Assembly (NCBI GenBank): GCA_963731925.1
Contig: CAVSXK010000024.1
Coordinates: forward strand, 236,624 to 300,623
Origin: an uncultured Actinomycetes bacterium
GTDB lineage: Bacteria; Actinomycetota; UBA4738; HRBIN12
Direction of reading: 5' to 3'
Length of the DNA stretch: 64,000 nucleotides
The notes under the pieces were generated by a model. The model did not search any database. It had not been told where the DNA came from and was given only the letters and a program-made list of their open reading frames with translations. Both the position numbers and the translations under genes were made by a program. This document shows, piece by piece, positions 1 to 10,020 of this stretch. Each line of letters starts with the position of its first letter. Position 1 is the stretch's first letter.

Positions 1-494
1 AGAACGTGGATCGCGTCCTAGCGACCGTCCTGTTCACCGACATCGTGGATTCCACCGGGCAAGCCGCGGCCCTGGGCGACCGCGAATGGCGGAAGCTCCT
101 GGACCGTCACGACCGGGCGGTCAGGACGGAGGTGGAGCGGTTCCACGGCCGCGTGGTGAAGACGACGGGCGACGGAATCCTGGCGACGTTCGACGCCCCG
201 ACGCGCGCGCTCCGATGTGCGTTCGGTCTCATCGATGCGATCGGCCAGCTCGGGCTGCGGATCCGCGCAGCCGTCCACACAGGTGAGATCGAGATCCTGG
301 AGGAGGACGTCGGCGGGATCGGCGTGCACATCGCCGCGCGAGTGCTGGGCGAGGCGTCCGATGACCAGATCGTCGTGACGCGGACGGTTCGCGAGCTCGC
401 GACGGGGACGGATCTGGTCTACGACCCGCTCGGGACGGTCCACCTCCGGGGCGTCCCCGGCGATTGGGAGCTGTTCGCGGCGTCCACCCCCTGA
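1..494 (+). CDS. Class III adenylate/guanylate cyclase domain protein (C-terminal part; gene starts before the window)
   Basis: Cyclase motifs VLATVLFTDIVDST, VKTTGDGILATF, IRAAVHTGE and GIGVHIAARV; reading frame is open to the window edge. Confidence 0.9.
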   Translation, partial: NVDRVLATVLFTDIVDSTGQAAALGDREWRKLLDRHDRAVRTEVERFHGRVVKTTGDGILATFDAPTRALRCAFGLIDAIGQLGLRIRAAVHTGEIEILEEDVGGIGVHIAARVLGEASDDQIVVTRTVRELATGTDLVYDPLGTVHLRGVPGDWELFAASTP

Positions 495-589
495 GTCGCC
501 GACGACCGCGGCCGACGCCTCGGCGTCGGCGCCCACGAGGATCCGACCCGGTGCCGAGAGCGGCCCGCGAACCCTCGGTAGGCGCCCTG

Positions 590-1354
590 TCACTCGCCGT
601 TGTACTCGTCGTGCCGGCGGATCCAGAGCTGCCACGCCTTACCTTCGTCGCGCCCCTTCGGGGCGTGGTCGAGGATCGGGTAGTAGGTCATGACGAACTC
701 CAATCCGCGCCACGTCGTCGAGTACGCGTGGTAGACGTCGTCGCCGTCCCGGACGAACGTGCTGAACCCCGGGCTCTCGGTGAGGTAGCCGGCGATGTCG
801 GTGCCCGACGCGCGGGCGTTCTGACTCGACGATCGGCGGGTACGGCCCGTCCAGCTCCTGGCCGGGAGCTCGATCTGCGCCACGGCCTCGCGGGATTGCT
901 CCTCCGTCTGCGAGAAGCCGAGGTCGAAGTTGAAGTCGCTGGACGAGGACGGAGACCCACGGGAGGATCCAGCCCATGCGGCGCTTGTACCCCTGAGCTT
1001 CTCGAGCGGTGCCTGTGAGACGAGGAGCAACGTCGCGTCACGGGCGTGCAGGTGCGGGACGACGCCGTCGATCGAGTCGGCGATCGAAGAGTTGACCGGG
1101 CAACCGGCCTGGTAGCTCGGGCCGAACATGAAGTGGTAGACGAGAAGCTGGGACCGCCCGTCGAACAGCTCCGCGAGCGACTTCTCACCGTCGTCCGTCT
1201 CGAAGCGGTAGTCCTTCTCCACCCGCACCCAGGGCAGACCCCGCCGCAGCTGCGCGATCTCGTCGCCCAGCCTGGTGTGCTCCTTCTCCCGTTTGAGCAG
1301 TTCCTCTCGTGCCGCGAGCCACTCCTCGCGCGTTCCGATCTTGTGATCGGCCAT
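590..1354 (-). CDS. DUF899 family thioredoxin-like protein (short compensated frameshift near 950-1000)
   Basis: REEWLAAREELLKREKEHTR, LPWVRVEKDYRF, LFDGRSQLLVYHFMFGP and W.RRHDEY are typical; the conserved MGWILPWVS segment lies in another frame (ORF 639..977). Confidence 0.85.
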   Translation of the reverse strand: MADHKIGTREEWLAAREELLKREKEHTRLGDEIAQLRRGLPWVRVEKDYRFETDDGEKSLAELFDGRSQLLVYHFMFGPSYQAGCPVNSSIADSIDGVVPHLHARDATLLLVSQAPLEKLRGTSAAWAGSSRGSPSSSSDFNFDLGFSQTEEQSREAVAQIELPARSWTGRTRRSSSQNARASGTDIAGYLTESPGFSTFVRDGDDVYHAYSTTWRGLEFVMTYYPILDHAPKGRDEGKAWQLWIRRHDEYNGE

Positions 1355-1538
1355 GGCTTCCCTCCTTGACGTGACGACACCTCGGGCCCCCGGCGACCCC
1401 CGCCTCAGCGGGCGATGCGCGGGTCCTGCTCTTTCGACACCGCCTCGACGGCAGACTGGGCGGTCTCGCGTCGCCCATTTCTCCGCTGCGCGCTGTCCAG
1501 AGGTCGACCGGCGCGACGCTCGAGACGCTCGAAGCCGC

Positions 1539-2952
1539 CTATCGCAGCGAGCCCAAGGACTGGTCGGAGCGGAAGACGTTCTTCGGGTCGTAGCGCTCCT
1601 TGACCTGCATCAGGCGCTCGAGGTTCGGTCCGTAGTAGGCCGCGGGCCAATCCTCGAGGTCCGGGTCGGCGAAGTTCTGGAACACGCGGCCGGATCCCCA
1701 CGGATGCACGGTTCCCCACGATCGGGCCACGTGCATGTGGGCCGCCCGCTGTTCTTCGGGTGAGGCGCCGGTCTGGACGGTGACGGCATGCTTGAGCTGG
1801 AACCGCTCCTGTCGATGGACGAACGCCGTTGCATCGGGGCGGATGCGGTTGTACGCGCCGCCCCATGGCATGAAGTCGAGCTCGCGCGACTCCCCGTCGG
1901 CTCGGTCGCGGGCGAACACATCCAGGAGCGCTACGACGGCCTCGGCTGGGAGCGGTCGCCGGAAGAAGGCCGACTTCGAGAACATGAAGACCGGTTCGGG
2001 CGGGGTTGCGGCATCCTCGGGTGCCAAGTTGGCCTCGCCGAGGTTCGCCCAGAAGCGCCGCGTCCCCTCGAAGGACAGGCGTTCGGCGGATGAGGAGCTC
2101 GGATCGGAGCCGGCCCTCGACACGAGCTCGCCGAGGAGGTCGTCGGCTCCCATGCCCGGTCCGAGGACCGCCGCGTACACGTCGACCGAGGGTGGCCGCT
2201 CGATCTCATCCGAGGCCGTCACTTTCAGGCTCGCGGCGAGCTCGTCGGGTCCGTTCGGCGCCCACGCCTGCCAGGCATCGATCACGGCCGCGGCATCCGA
2301 GAAACGGCCACGAGAGGTGGAGGTTGGTCGCCTCGGGCGCAGGGACGGGGCGGAAGACGAGGGACGTCACGACGCCGAAGTTGCCGCAGCCTGCGCCTCG
2401 GAGCGCCCAGAACAGGTCCTCCTCGTGGTGCTCGTCACACGTGACGACACGGCCGTCGGCCAGGACGATCTCTGCCCCGACCAGCGAGTCCGAGGTGACC
2501 CCGTACGTCCGACCGAGGATGCCCAGTCCGCCGCCGAGCGTCAGGCCCGACACGCCGACCGACGGGCAGGTCCCCCCGGGGATGGTGACTCCCTGCTCCT
2601 GCAGCGCCCCGTACACCTCGCCGAGGCTCGCGCCGGCCCCGACCGTGGCGAGGTCGTCCGAGACCGTGACCGTCCGCATGGGCGTGACGTCGACGAGCAC
2701 GCCTCGGGTCGAGGAATGCCCCCCGAAGCTGTGTCCGCCGGCGCGAACGGCGAGGTCCTCGCCGTGACGGAGGACGAACCCGATCACCTCGGTCACGTCC
2801 TGCGGGATCGCGCAGGAGACGACGGCCTTGGGCTCGACGCCGTGGAACCGGGCATTGAACGGCGGGCGAAGAGCATGGTAGGTCGGGGATCCGGGAAGGC
2901 CGACCTCCCCCTCGATCGCGCCCTCGAGCGATCCCCATTCGGGTGCGAGCAT
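1539..2952 (-). CDS. FAD-binding oxidoreductase, berberine-bridge-enzyme (BBE) type, split by a frameshift near 2290
   Basis: ORF 2206..2952 has VRAGGHSFGG, GTCPSVGVSGLTLGGG and DLFWALRGAG; ORF 1539..2285 has the BBE C-terminus FQNFADPDL..YYGPNLERLMQVKERYDPKNVF. Confidence 0.85.
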
Positions 2953-3118
2953 GTCGATCGGAAGCCTAGTCCTCAGCCCTCCCCGGCAGGATCGCTGTCA
3001 CTGCCTCTATGGGGGCAGTCGGGGCGCAAGTGCTCGGCAGACTCGACGGCTCTTGCGTGAGCGGAGAACGGCGCGATATAGGTGGTTTCGAGGCAAGGTC
3101 CTGCCGAGGGAGGCGACG

Positions 3119-3436
3119 ATGAAGGAGCCCTTGATCTCTATGGCGGACATCCCACCGGAGGGGACCGTGACCGCCGACCTCCTCGGCCGCGAGGTCCTCG
3201 TGATGATGCAGAACGGGAAGCCGCGCGCCTTCCTCAACGTCTGCATGCACCACGGCGGCTCTCTGAAGCTCGATGGCGACACCTTCACGTGCGAGTGGCA
3301 TGGATCAACGTTCGACGCCCGGACGGGCAAGGCCCTCTCGGGACCCGTCCGACCCGACGCGAGGTTGATCATGCTGCCGACCCGCGTCGAGGACGGCGTC
3401 CTGACGTACGTCTACGAGGAGCGATCCGAGACGTGA
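3119..3436 (+). CDS. Rieske [2Fe-2S] ferredoxin
   Basis: NVCMHHGG and CEWHGSTFD motifs; GGAGG RBS before ATG 3119. Confidence 0.88.
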   Translation: MKEPLISMADIPPEGTVTADLLGREVLVMMQNGKPRAFLNVCMHHGGSLKLDGDTFTCEWHGSTFDARTGKALSGPVRPDARLIMLPTRVEDGVLTYVYEERSET

Positions 3437-3457
3437 GGTGATGGCGGCCGAGAGCGG

Positions 3458-4663
3458 TCAGCCGAGCCGGCGCACCGAAAGCAGGCTCAGCGGCTGTGAG
3501 ACGCCCTTCAGCTCGACCGGACCGATGGTGGTAAGGCCGACTCCGTCGAGGTCGGCCGCATCCACGACCTCCTGGGTCACCAGCACCTCGCCGGGTCTGG
3601 CGTACTCGGCGATCCGCGCCGCGATGTTGACGGTCCGGCCGAAGTAGTCACCCTCCTGGAAGACGACCGGCCCGGCGTGGATCCCGACCCTGGCAGGCGG
3701 AAGGTCGTGCGCTGCCACGCCCTCCACCATGTCGAGCGAGGCCAACACGCCATCACCCGGGTTCGGGAAGTAGAACATCACGCCGTCCCCCAGCCACTTG
3801 ACCGGTTGCCCTCCGTGCTCCCGCGAGGACCCGCGGACCAGGGCGGCCAGCGTCGTTGCCAGCTCCGCGGCGGCCTCGTCTCCCCGCTCCTCGGTCAGCC
3901 GCGTGTACCCGGAGATGTCGAGGAAGCACACGGCGGGCGGGCGGTGTACCCGACGGTACAGACCTGCCCGTTCCAGGGCGGCTTCCACGTCCTCCACCGC
4001 GCTCTTGCTCCACGCGTGCTCCTGCTGTCCGTGGTAGATGGACAGCAAGGCCTGTTCCATGAGCGGGGCCATCCGGGACCCCACGTCGGCCTGGGCGGTG
4101 AGCATCTCGGCCTCCGACATCCCTCCCTCGAGGAGCGGCTGCTGGACCTCGGTCCTGTACCAATCCGTCTCGGTCTCGACGATCCTGCCAAGGCCGTCCC
4201 CGTAGGCGCGGAGCAGTCGCTCGATCATCTCCGGCCGGATCCCGGAGGAGAGCTGGAGCTCGATCGCGGGCAGGGCCGCCAACTCGTCTTCGCGGACGTG
4301 ATCCTCGGGCCGTGGTTCGGCGAAGCCGTGAGCCTCCCGGACGACCAGGAGGAGGTCCAAGGGCACGCCCGTCCGTTCGCTCAGCTCACGGAACGTCGTC
4401 TTGCTCACCCCCGCGAACCGATCGAAGGCGCTCGCGTCCAAGTACGAGAACGAGAGTGTTCCGTCCCGGACGGCAGCGGCCATCCCCTCGAGTGGCACCC
4501 CGGCCCGCTCGAAGCTCTGCACCCACCGGGCCCGACGGACGTCTCCGGCCGAGAACGTGGTACCGCTGCCGGGTCTCACGATCCCGAGCTCCACCAACCG
4601 GTCGACGTAATCCGGGTCGACCCCAGCGCGATCGGCGACGTCCTGTTTCGAGAGTCCGGTCAC
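3458..4663 (-). CDS. Class III adenylate/guanylate cyclase with N-terminal regulatory (HTH-like) region
   Basis: CFLDISGYTRLTEERGD, VKWLGDGVMF and GDYFGRTVNIAARI; likely GTG start at 4663. Confidence 0.88.
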   Translation of the reverse strand: MTGLSKQDVADRAGVDPDYVDRLVELGIVRPGSGTTFSAGDVRRARWVQSFERAGVPLEGMAAAVRDGTLSFSYLDASAFDRFAGVSKTTFRELSERTGVPLDLLLVVREAHGFAEPRPEDHVREDELAALPAIELQLSSGIRPEMIERLLRAYGDGLGRIVETETDWYRTEVQQPLLEGGMSEAEMLTAQADVGSRMAPLMEQALLSIYHGQQEHAWSKSAVEDVEAALERAGLYRRVHRPPAVCFLDISGYTRLTEERGDEAAAELATTLAALVRGSSREHGGQPVKWLGDGVMFYFPNPGDGVLASLDMVEGVAAHDLPPARVGIHAGPVVFQEGDYFGRTVNIAARIAEYARPGEVLVTQEVVDAADLDGVGLTTIGPVELKGVSQPLSLLSVRRLG

Positions 4664-4804
4664 GATCGGGCTCCGTGCGGAGCGGCCGCCGGCACCGCAG
4701 GATCGAGCAGGATCTCGCCCTCGTTCGCTGTCACGGTGGACGCATGATATGGAATCATGGCTTCGGCAGGTGGGCATCGTGCGCTTGATTCTCGCGGGGT
4801 CGAG

Positions 4805-5425
4805 ATGACTTCAGATATCGATACGCGCATCGAGGGATTGCTTCGGGAGGAAGGGGAGATCCGTCAGCTGAACGACGGACACGGGCATGAGCAGCCAACC
4901 TTTCTCGCCTGGCGAGAGCGCAGCGAGGCGGCTCTCGCGGAGAAGCTCGGAGCTGAGTCCGAACCCGCAAAGGAACTTCGAAGCCTGACCTTCTTCTATT
5001 CCCCCTTGATCTGGACCGACAGCACCGTCGTACTCGCCTCGGATCATCAGAGGTCGTTCGAGCGATCCCTCAACACCTCGCTCGGGATCCTCACCGCAGC
5101 GCTGGGATCCGGCGAAGTCGAGGAGGCGGACAACTCAGGATCACCCCCCGTGCTCATCGACCAGACAGATGCCACGGCGAGCCTCGGACGCCCACGCTTC
5201 CGTGACGTCGAAGTCAACACCGCCCAACTTCGACAACTGATCGCGGGTTCCGAGGAACTGACACCTTCGGAACGCGGAAACGCGATCGCCGCGATACCGG
5301 ATGACGACGAAGAGTTGGATCTTGAGCGAGTGGATCGGCTGCTCTCGGTCGCGATCAAGTCCGAGGAGCTGTTGGCCGGGATCTTAGGGTGGGTCTTGGC
5401 GAACGCTCATCGCCTCAACTTCTGA
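4805..5425 (+). CDS. Hypothetical protein
   Basis: 206-aa ORF from ATG 4805, more AT-rich codon use than neighbours; no confident family. Confidence 0.55.
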   Translation: MTSDIDTRIEGLLREEGEIRQLNDGHGHEQPTFLAWRERSEAALAEKLGAESEPAKELRSLTFFYSPLIWTDSTVVLASDHQRSFERSLNTSLGILTAALGSGEVEEADNSGSPPVLIDQTDATASLGRPRFRDVEVNTAQLRQLIAGSEELTPSERGNAIAAIPDDDEELDLERVDRLLSVAIKSEELLAGILGWVLANAHRLNF

Positions 5426-6031
5426 AGACGTTGGTTGAAGCGCACTTCGCACGAACGCGTTCACCTCGCGTTCGCGGCGGCGGAGCGACGCCCGGCTCTT
5501 GTCCTTTCCGACCACGGCGTTCAGCACGCTCGCCTCCGTGAGCGAACCGACCACCGCCGTGTACAGCATGAACAGCAGGAGCGCGGGGTCCTGCTCGCGG
5601 ATCTCGCCGCTGTCCATCCCCGACTGGAGGAAGTCCACCGCGCGCTTCCGGAGCGGGTCGATCACGCTCGCGAAGCGCTCGAACCCCTCCGCGCCGAGCC
5701 GCCCGGCCTCACGGAGGAACATCGGGAACTCTGGCCACTCCTCGGCGAGCGCGAACACGGCGTGGATCACGGCCTCGGCTCGGTCCCAGTACGTCTCCTT
5801 CCCCTCGAGCGCGGACGCGATCTCCTCGGCGACCCGCGTGCCTGCCGCCTGGAGGCACGCCTCCAACAGCGCGTCCTTGGTCGGGAAGTAATAGAGGAGC
5901 GTCTGCTTGCGGATCCCGACGGCGGTGGCGATCTGGTCCAGGCTCGCGCCCGAGTAGCCCTCGCGACCGAACGCCCGGATCGCCTCCTCGATCAGCGCGT
6001 GCCGGCGGACCTCGCCGCCCTGTCGCGTCAA
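5384..6031 (-). CDS. TetR/AcrR family transcriptional regulator
   Basis: HTH FGREGYSGASLDQIATAVGIRKQTLLYYFPTKDALL; last gene of the co-directional run 12336->5384. Confidence 0.92.
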   Translation of the reverse strand: MTRQGGEVRRHALIEEAIRAFGREGYSGASLDQIATAVGIRKQTLLYYFPTKDALLEACLQAAGTRVAEEIASALEGKETYWDRAEAVIHAVFALAEEWPEFPMFLREAGRLGAEGFERFASVIDPLRKRAVDFLQSGMDSGEIREQDPALLLFMLYTAVVGSLTEASVLNAVVGKDKSRASLRRREREVNAFVRSALQPTSSEVEAMSVRQDPP

Positions 6032-6044
6032 CGGGTCACCGCCG

Positions 6045-6959
6045 TCACTTCCACGTCGGGGGCTTGCCGCTGCGCCGGATCGGGCGCGAGCCCTCCCACG
6101 TGCGGAGCCATCCGGGGCCGACCGGACCGGCCAGGCTCGGCGTCTCGTCCTTCGCTGCTCGCCGAGCGGCCTCCCACCAGGACGTCCGGTCCTCGTCGAA
6201 CAGCTCGGCCACGCCCTGCTGCATCCGGAGCGAGAGCTGCTGGTGGGTCTCGCCCTCCCGCGGCTCGATCGGCCGCCCGTACCGAACGCGGATCGGCGGC
6301 CGACCCCGCCGGGGCCACGAGCGGCCCTTCGGCATCGCCGCGTACGCGCCGACGATCGCGATCGGGACGACGGGCATCTTCATGTCGAGCGCCAGACGCG
6401 ACGTCCCGTGGCGGAACCGCTGGAGCCATCCGTCGGTCGAACGCGTCCCCTCGGGGAACACGATGATGTTCCACCCCTCGCCGATCAGCTCCTTGGCCTT
6501 GCTCGTCGCCTTCTCCCCCGCGCCGCGTTCCACCGGGAACCCCGCGTACACGAGCGCCGTGAACGCCGAGCGCCACCACACGTCGAAGAAGTAGTCCTTG
6601 GCGGCGGCGGTCGCGGTCTTCTCGCGCCACGAGTGCGGGAGCGTCGTCAGGATGATCGAGGCGTCGAGGTGGCTGGAGTGGTTCGAGATGAACATCACGG
6701 GGCCCTTGACGCCCTCGAGGTTGTCCAGGCCGAACACCTCGGGCGTGGTCTCGTTCCAGATGATCGGCTTGAGCGCTGCGTCCAAGATCACGTCCCGAGC
6801 CAGTCGGCCGGCCCCGGTCCGAGCCCAGTCGGTCGGGTAGCTCCAGATCTTCGGCGGCGGCGTCGAATCCAGCGCCGAGCGCGGTGTCATCGTTCGGCGT
6901 CCCCAGCGCCAGCCCTTGGCGACGTCCCGGATCTCGCTCGTGAAGCGCTTGCGAGCCAT
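6045..6959 (-). CDS. Lysophospholipid/glycerol-3-phosphate acyltransferase (PlsC family)
   Basis: NHSSHLD (HxxxxD) and FPEGTRS motifs; ATG 6959 after GAGG RBS (C-terminal part of ORF 6045..7835). Confidence 0.9.
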   Translation of the reverse strand: MARKRFTSEIRDVAKGWRWGRRTMTPRSALDSTPPPKIWSYPTDWARTGAGRLARDVILDAALKPIIWNETTPEVFGLDNLEGVKGPVMFISNHSSHLDASIILTTLPHSWREKTATAAAKDYFFDVWWRSAFTALVYAGFPVERGAGEKATSKAKELIGEGWNIIVFPEGTRSTDGWLQRFRHGTSRLALDMKMPVVPIAIVGAYAAMPKGRSWPRRGRPPIRVRYGRPIEPREGETHQQLSLRMQQGVAELFDEDRTSWWEAARRAAKDETPSLAGPVGPGWLRTWEGSRPIRRSGKPPTWK

Positions 6960-6964
6960 CGCCG

Positions 6965-8551
6965 CTACCTCACGTCCGCGATCGCGAGCGGTGGCACGTG
7001 GAAGTACGAGATCGAGGGTGAGCGCCCGACGGTCTCGCCCGCCATCTCCAGGGCGTCCCGGAAGCTCGACGCCGCGCGGTAGCCGAGCCGCTCGCACGTC
7101 TTCGGGTCCCCGCCCACCACGATCACGTCGCCCAGGTAGTCGAGCGCGTGCGCTCCCCAGTACCACATGTAGAACGGATGCACGCCGTGATACGCGTAGC
7201 TCTTGCGGTACAGGTGGATGTACCAGGGGTCGGTCGCGTAGCGCTCCTCGTACTTGGACTCGATCGTGGAAGGATCGGTGGTCTCGGTGAGGACCTCCTC
7301 GAAGAAGTCCACGTAGGACGGGTGGTGCACCTGGTGGAACTCGTTCGGCACGGGGTGGAACATGATCATCGCGCCGCCGGGCCGGACGACCGGCTTGTTC
7401 CGGTACAGGTTGAACAGGTACCCGAGCCCGAGGCAGTGGACCAGGATCGGGTTCATGATCGAGTTCACGTTGTACGGGCAGATGTACGGCAGGCCGACGA
7501 CCATGATGTCCGACTGCCCGTCGACCTCGACCAGCTGCTGCCGGTGCAGCGTGGCGAGCGTCTGCTCGTGCACGGCGTCGGTGTCGCCCGCGACGATGCC
7601 GGTCACGCCGGCGGGCGACTTGATGCGCGTCCAGATCTGGTGCTTCATCGCCGACGGACCCATCTCGTTGGCCTTCTTGGCCGCCAGGTAGGTCCCCTGC
7701 TCGACCAGCGACCACTCCCACTCCCGCTTGTTCATGAACCCGAACGGATCGGGGAACGTGTTGTTGTTCATCGTGGTCTCGATCGTGAAGACCTTCAGGC
7801 CGTTCGCCTTCAGGACGTCGCCCATCCGCCTGCACGAGTCGTGGATCGCGCTCCTGCCCGGCCGCGGGTCCATGTACGACTTCGAATGCAGCATCGTGTG
7901 GACGTTGTGGTGGTGCTTGACGCTCCGGTAGCTCGCGAGCCCGACGGGCACCGACTTGTGACCGCCGTCCATGGCGACCAGGTTGATGTTCACGTAGATC
8001 AGGAGGTCGGACTCCATCGCTCGCTTGTTGATCTCGACCTCCTCGCCCTGGTCGGTCTTGCCGACGTAGGCGAGGTTCTCCGGGTCCTCGGCGTCGTGGT
8101 TCTTGAGGTCCTTCGGGTAGAACGAGCGGAAGACGCGTTCGCCGACCGCGTGCTTGATCTCGTCCGCGGTCATCCTCCGGTGCAACGAGTTCGCCATGTA
8201 CAGCTTGACGTCCTCGACGCCCCGGCGGGCCGCGAGCTCGATCACCTCCTCGAGCACGAGCTGGCGGATGTCGGGGCTCTGCATCGGCGGGAGCGGGATC
8301 GAGATGTCGTCGATCGCGATCGTGAGCTTCATGCCCGGCGTGAGGAGCTCCCGGAGCGGTTCGGAACCGTGGGGATGGTCGAGCGCATGCCGGATGTGGT
8401 TGCGGAGCCCGCGGAGCTTGGGCAGGGAGTCCGGCGGGTAGATCACCCGCGATCCGAGCGGGAACTTCTGCAGACGGAACCCCTCGCCCTGGTGGACCAG
8501 GAGCGGCGGTGTCCGTTCGTCGACTTCGAGGACGAAACCCGGTCGTGCCAT
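6965..8551 (-). CDS. Lactate racemase (LarA/DUF2088) domain protein, ElbC-like
   Basis: IAIDDISIPLPPM, ANSLHRRMT, NHDAED, GEEVEINK and MDGGHKS match the LarA N-terminal fold. Confidence 0.8.
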   Translation of the reverse strand: MARPGFVLEVDERTPPLLVHQGEGFRLQKFPLGSRVIYPPDSLPKLRGLRNHIRHALDHPHGSEPLRELLTPGMKLTIAIDDISIPLPPMQSPDIRQLVLEEVIELAARRGVEDVKLYMANSLHRRMTADEIKHAVGERVFRSFYPKDLKNHDAEDPENLAYVGKTDQGEEVEINKRAMESDLLIYVNINLVAMDGGHKSVPVGLASYRSVKHHHNVHTMLHSKSYMDPRPGRSAIHDSCRRMGDVLKANGLKVFTIETTMNNNTFPDPFGFMNKREWEWSLVEQGTYLAAKKANEMGPSAMKHQIWTRIKSPAGVTGIVAGDTDAVHEQTLATLHRQQLVEVDGQSDIMVVGLPYICPYNVNSIMNPILVHCLGLGYLFNLYRNKPVVRPGGAMIMFHPVPNEFHQVHHPSYVDFFEEVLTETTDPSTIESKYEERYATDPWYIHLYRKSYAYHGVHPFYMWYWGAHALDYLGDVIVVGGDPKTCERLGYRAASSFRDALEMAGETVGRSPSISYFHVPPLAIADVR

Positions 8552-8586
8552 GTCGTGTCGTCTCCTCTTGTTGTCTTTGGCTTTGG

Positions 8587-9804
8587 TCAGTCGAGCCGTG
8601 GGTCGAATGCGACCTTCAGCGTTCCGAGCTTGCCGGCGCCGAGCGCATGATCGATCGCCTCGCGCCAGCGGCGGAGCGGGTACGTGGCGCCCACGATCTG
8701 GTCGATCGGGTTCTCCTGGGCGAGCTGCGTGGCGATCTCGAAGCTGTGACGCTTGGTCTTCGAGGTGCCCGTGCCGACGGTCTCGTACCCGCCGGTGTAG
8801 GCGCCCACGAGCTCGAGCTCACGGAACCAGAGCGGTGTGAGGTCGGCGCCCTCGGTGGGGATACCGGAGACCACGACGCGGCCGCCGGCCCTCGTGATCC
8901 TGAGGGCGAGATTCAGGCTCGAGCGCGAGCCCACGCAGTCGATCGCGACGTCGGCGCCGCCGAGCAGGAACGGCGCGCCGCGTTCGGGCTTCAGCTTCAT
9001 CGCGCCGGTGGCGCGCCGGACGGCGTTGGTCGCCTCCTTCGGATCCACGATCTCGCTCGCACCGAACGCGCCCGCCCACTCCCGCTGCTTGGCGTGCTTG
9101 GCAACGACGGCGATGTGGCCGGCCTTCGTGAGCTCCTTCAGCGCGAGGAGCGTGAGGATGCCGACGGTGCCGGCGCCGATCACGACGACGTTGGCGTTCG
9201 GCTCGATCCGCGCGCGGAGCGCCGTGTGGACCGCGCAGGAGAGCGGTTCGAGCAGGACCGCTCTACGTTCGGAGAGCTCGTCGGGCACCGGGTGGAGCTG
9301 CGAGCGATGGGCGACGAACATCTTGCTCCAGCCGCCGCCGGTGTCGGCGCAGTAGCCGGTCTGCAGGCCCGCGCTCACGTGGCCGGTGGTGACCCGGTCG
9401 CAGCGGCCGGTGAGACCGGCGGCGCAGTTGGGGCACGGGTCGAGGCCCCGAGCAAGACAGCTCAGGACCGGCTCGAGGGCGATGCGGGTCCCCTGCGGGA
9501 GGTCGTCGACGTCGTCGAGGAGCTCGCCGACCACCTCGTGACCCGGGACGAACGGGAGCGAGACCAGCGGTGAGAAGTAGAAGGAGGACTTGCCTCCGAT
9601 CGTGGCAAGGTCCGAGCCGCAGATGCCGGAGAGCAGAGGCCGGACACGACCCCAGCCGGGCCCGAGCGGCACGACGTCCTTCCGGTTGACGAACCGCATC
9701 GGCGCGAGCGGCCCCGAGAGCAGGCCGGGCAGGCGGTCGCCGACCGCACGAGCGGTGAGGTAGCGCGGGACCGAGCGGAAGAGCTCCACGGCCTGGGTGG
9801 TCAA
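8587..9804 (-). CDS. Zinc-binding (MDR) alcohol dehydrogenase
   Basis: SGICGSD, GHEVVG, structural Cys cluster C..CPNC..C and Rossmann GAGTVG. Confidence 0.9.
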   Translation of the reverse strand: MTTQAVELFRSVPRYLTARAVGDRLPGLLSGPLAPMRFVNRKDVVPLGPGWGRVRPLLSGICGSDLATIGGKSSFYFSPLVSLPFVPGHEVVGELLDDVDDLPQGTRIALEPVLSCLARGLDPCPNCAAGLTGRCDRVTTGHVSAGLQTGYCADTGGGWSKMFVAHRSQLHPVPDELSERRAVLLEPLSCAVHTALRARIEPNANVVVIGAGTVGILTLLALKELTKAGHIAVVAKHAKQREWAGAFGASEIVDPKEATNAVRRATGAMKLKPERGAPFLLGGADVAIDCVGSRSSLNLALRITRAGGRVVVSGIPTEGADLTPLWFRELELVGAYTGGYETVGTGTSKTKRHSFEIATQLAQENPIDQIVGATYPLRRWREAIDHALGAGKLGTLKVAFDPRLD

Positions 9805-9906
9805 CGGTGGCTTCCTCCGGTGCGGAGGCGGGAGGAGCAGTCTCGCTCCCGGGGAGCCTCGGTGGGCGAGGCCTCCGCGAGGGGGGCGTCACTCTCCGGA
9901 AGGTGC

Positions 9907-9939
9907 TCCACATCGTGGAAACGAGTTCCACATCGTGGA
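9907..9939. repeat. Two copies of palindrome TCCACatcGTGGA at 20-bp spacing inside the lipid operon
   Basis: tccacatcgtgga at 9907-9919 and 9927-9939, bracketed by ggtgctcc (9902) / ggagcacc (9950). Confidence 0.75.
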
Positions 9940-10020
9940 CCACCCTCCAGGAGCACCCCTGTGCCGGGGTCAGGAGGCTGGACGAGGAGGTTCGACCACG
10001 CTCACCCATCACGACCACCA

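Noticed and set aside
3458-5425. Pycsar/CBASS-like cyclase plus effector pair
   Set aside because: Genes are divergent rather than operonic, the cyclase has the ordinary actinobacterial architecture, and the neighbour has no cNMP-binding, TIR or TM domain
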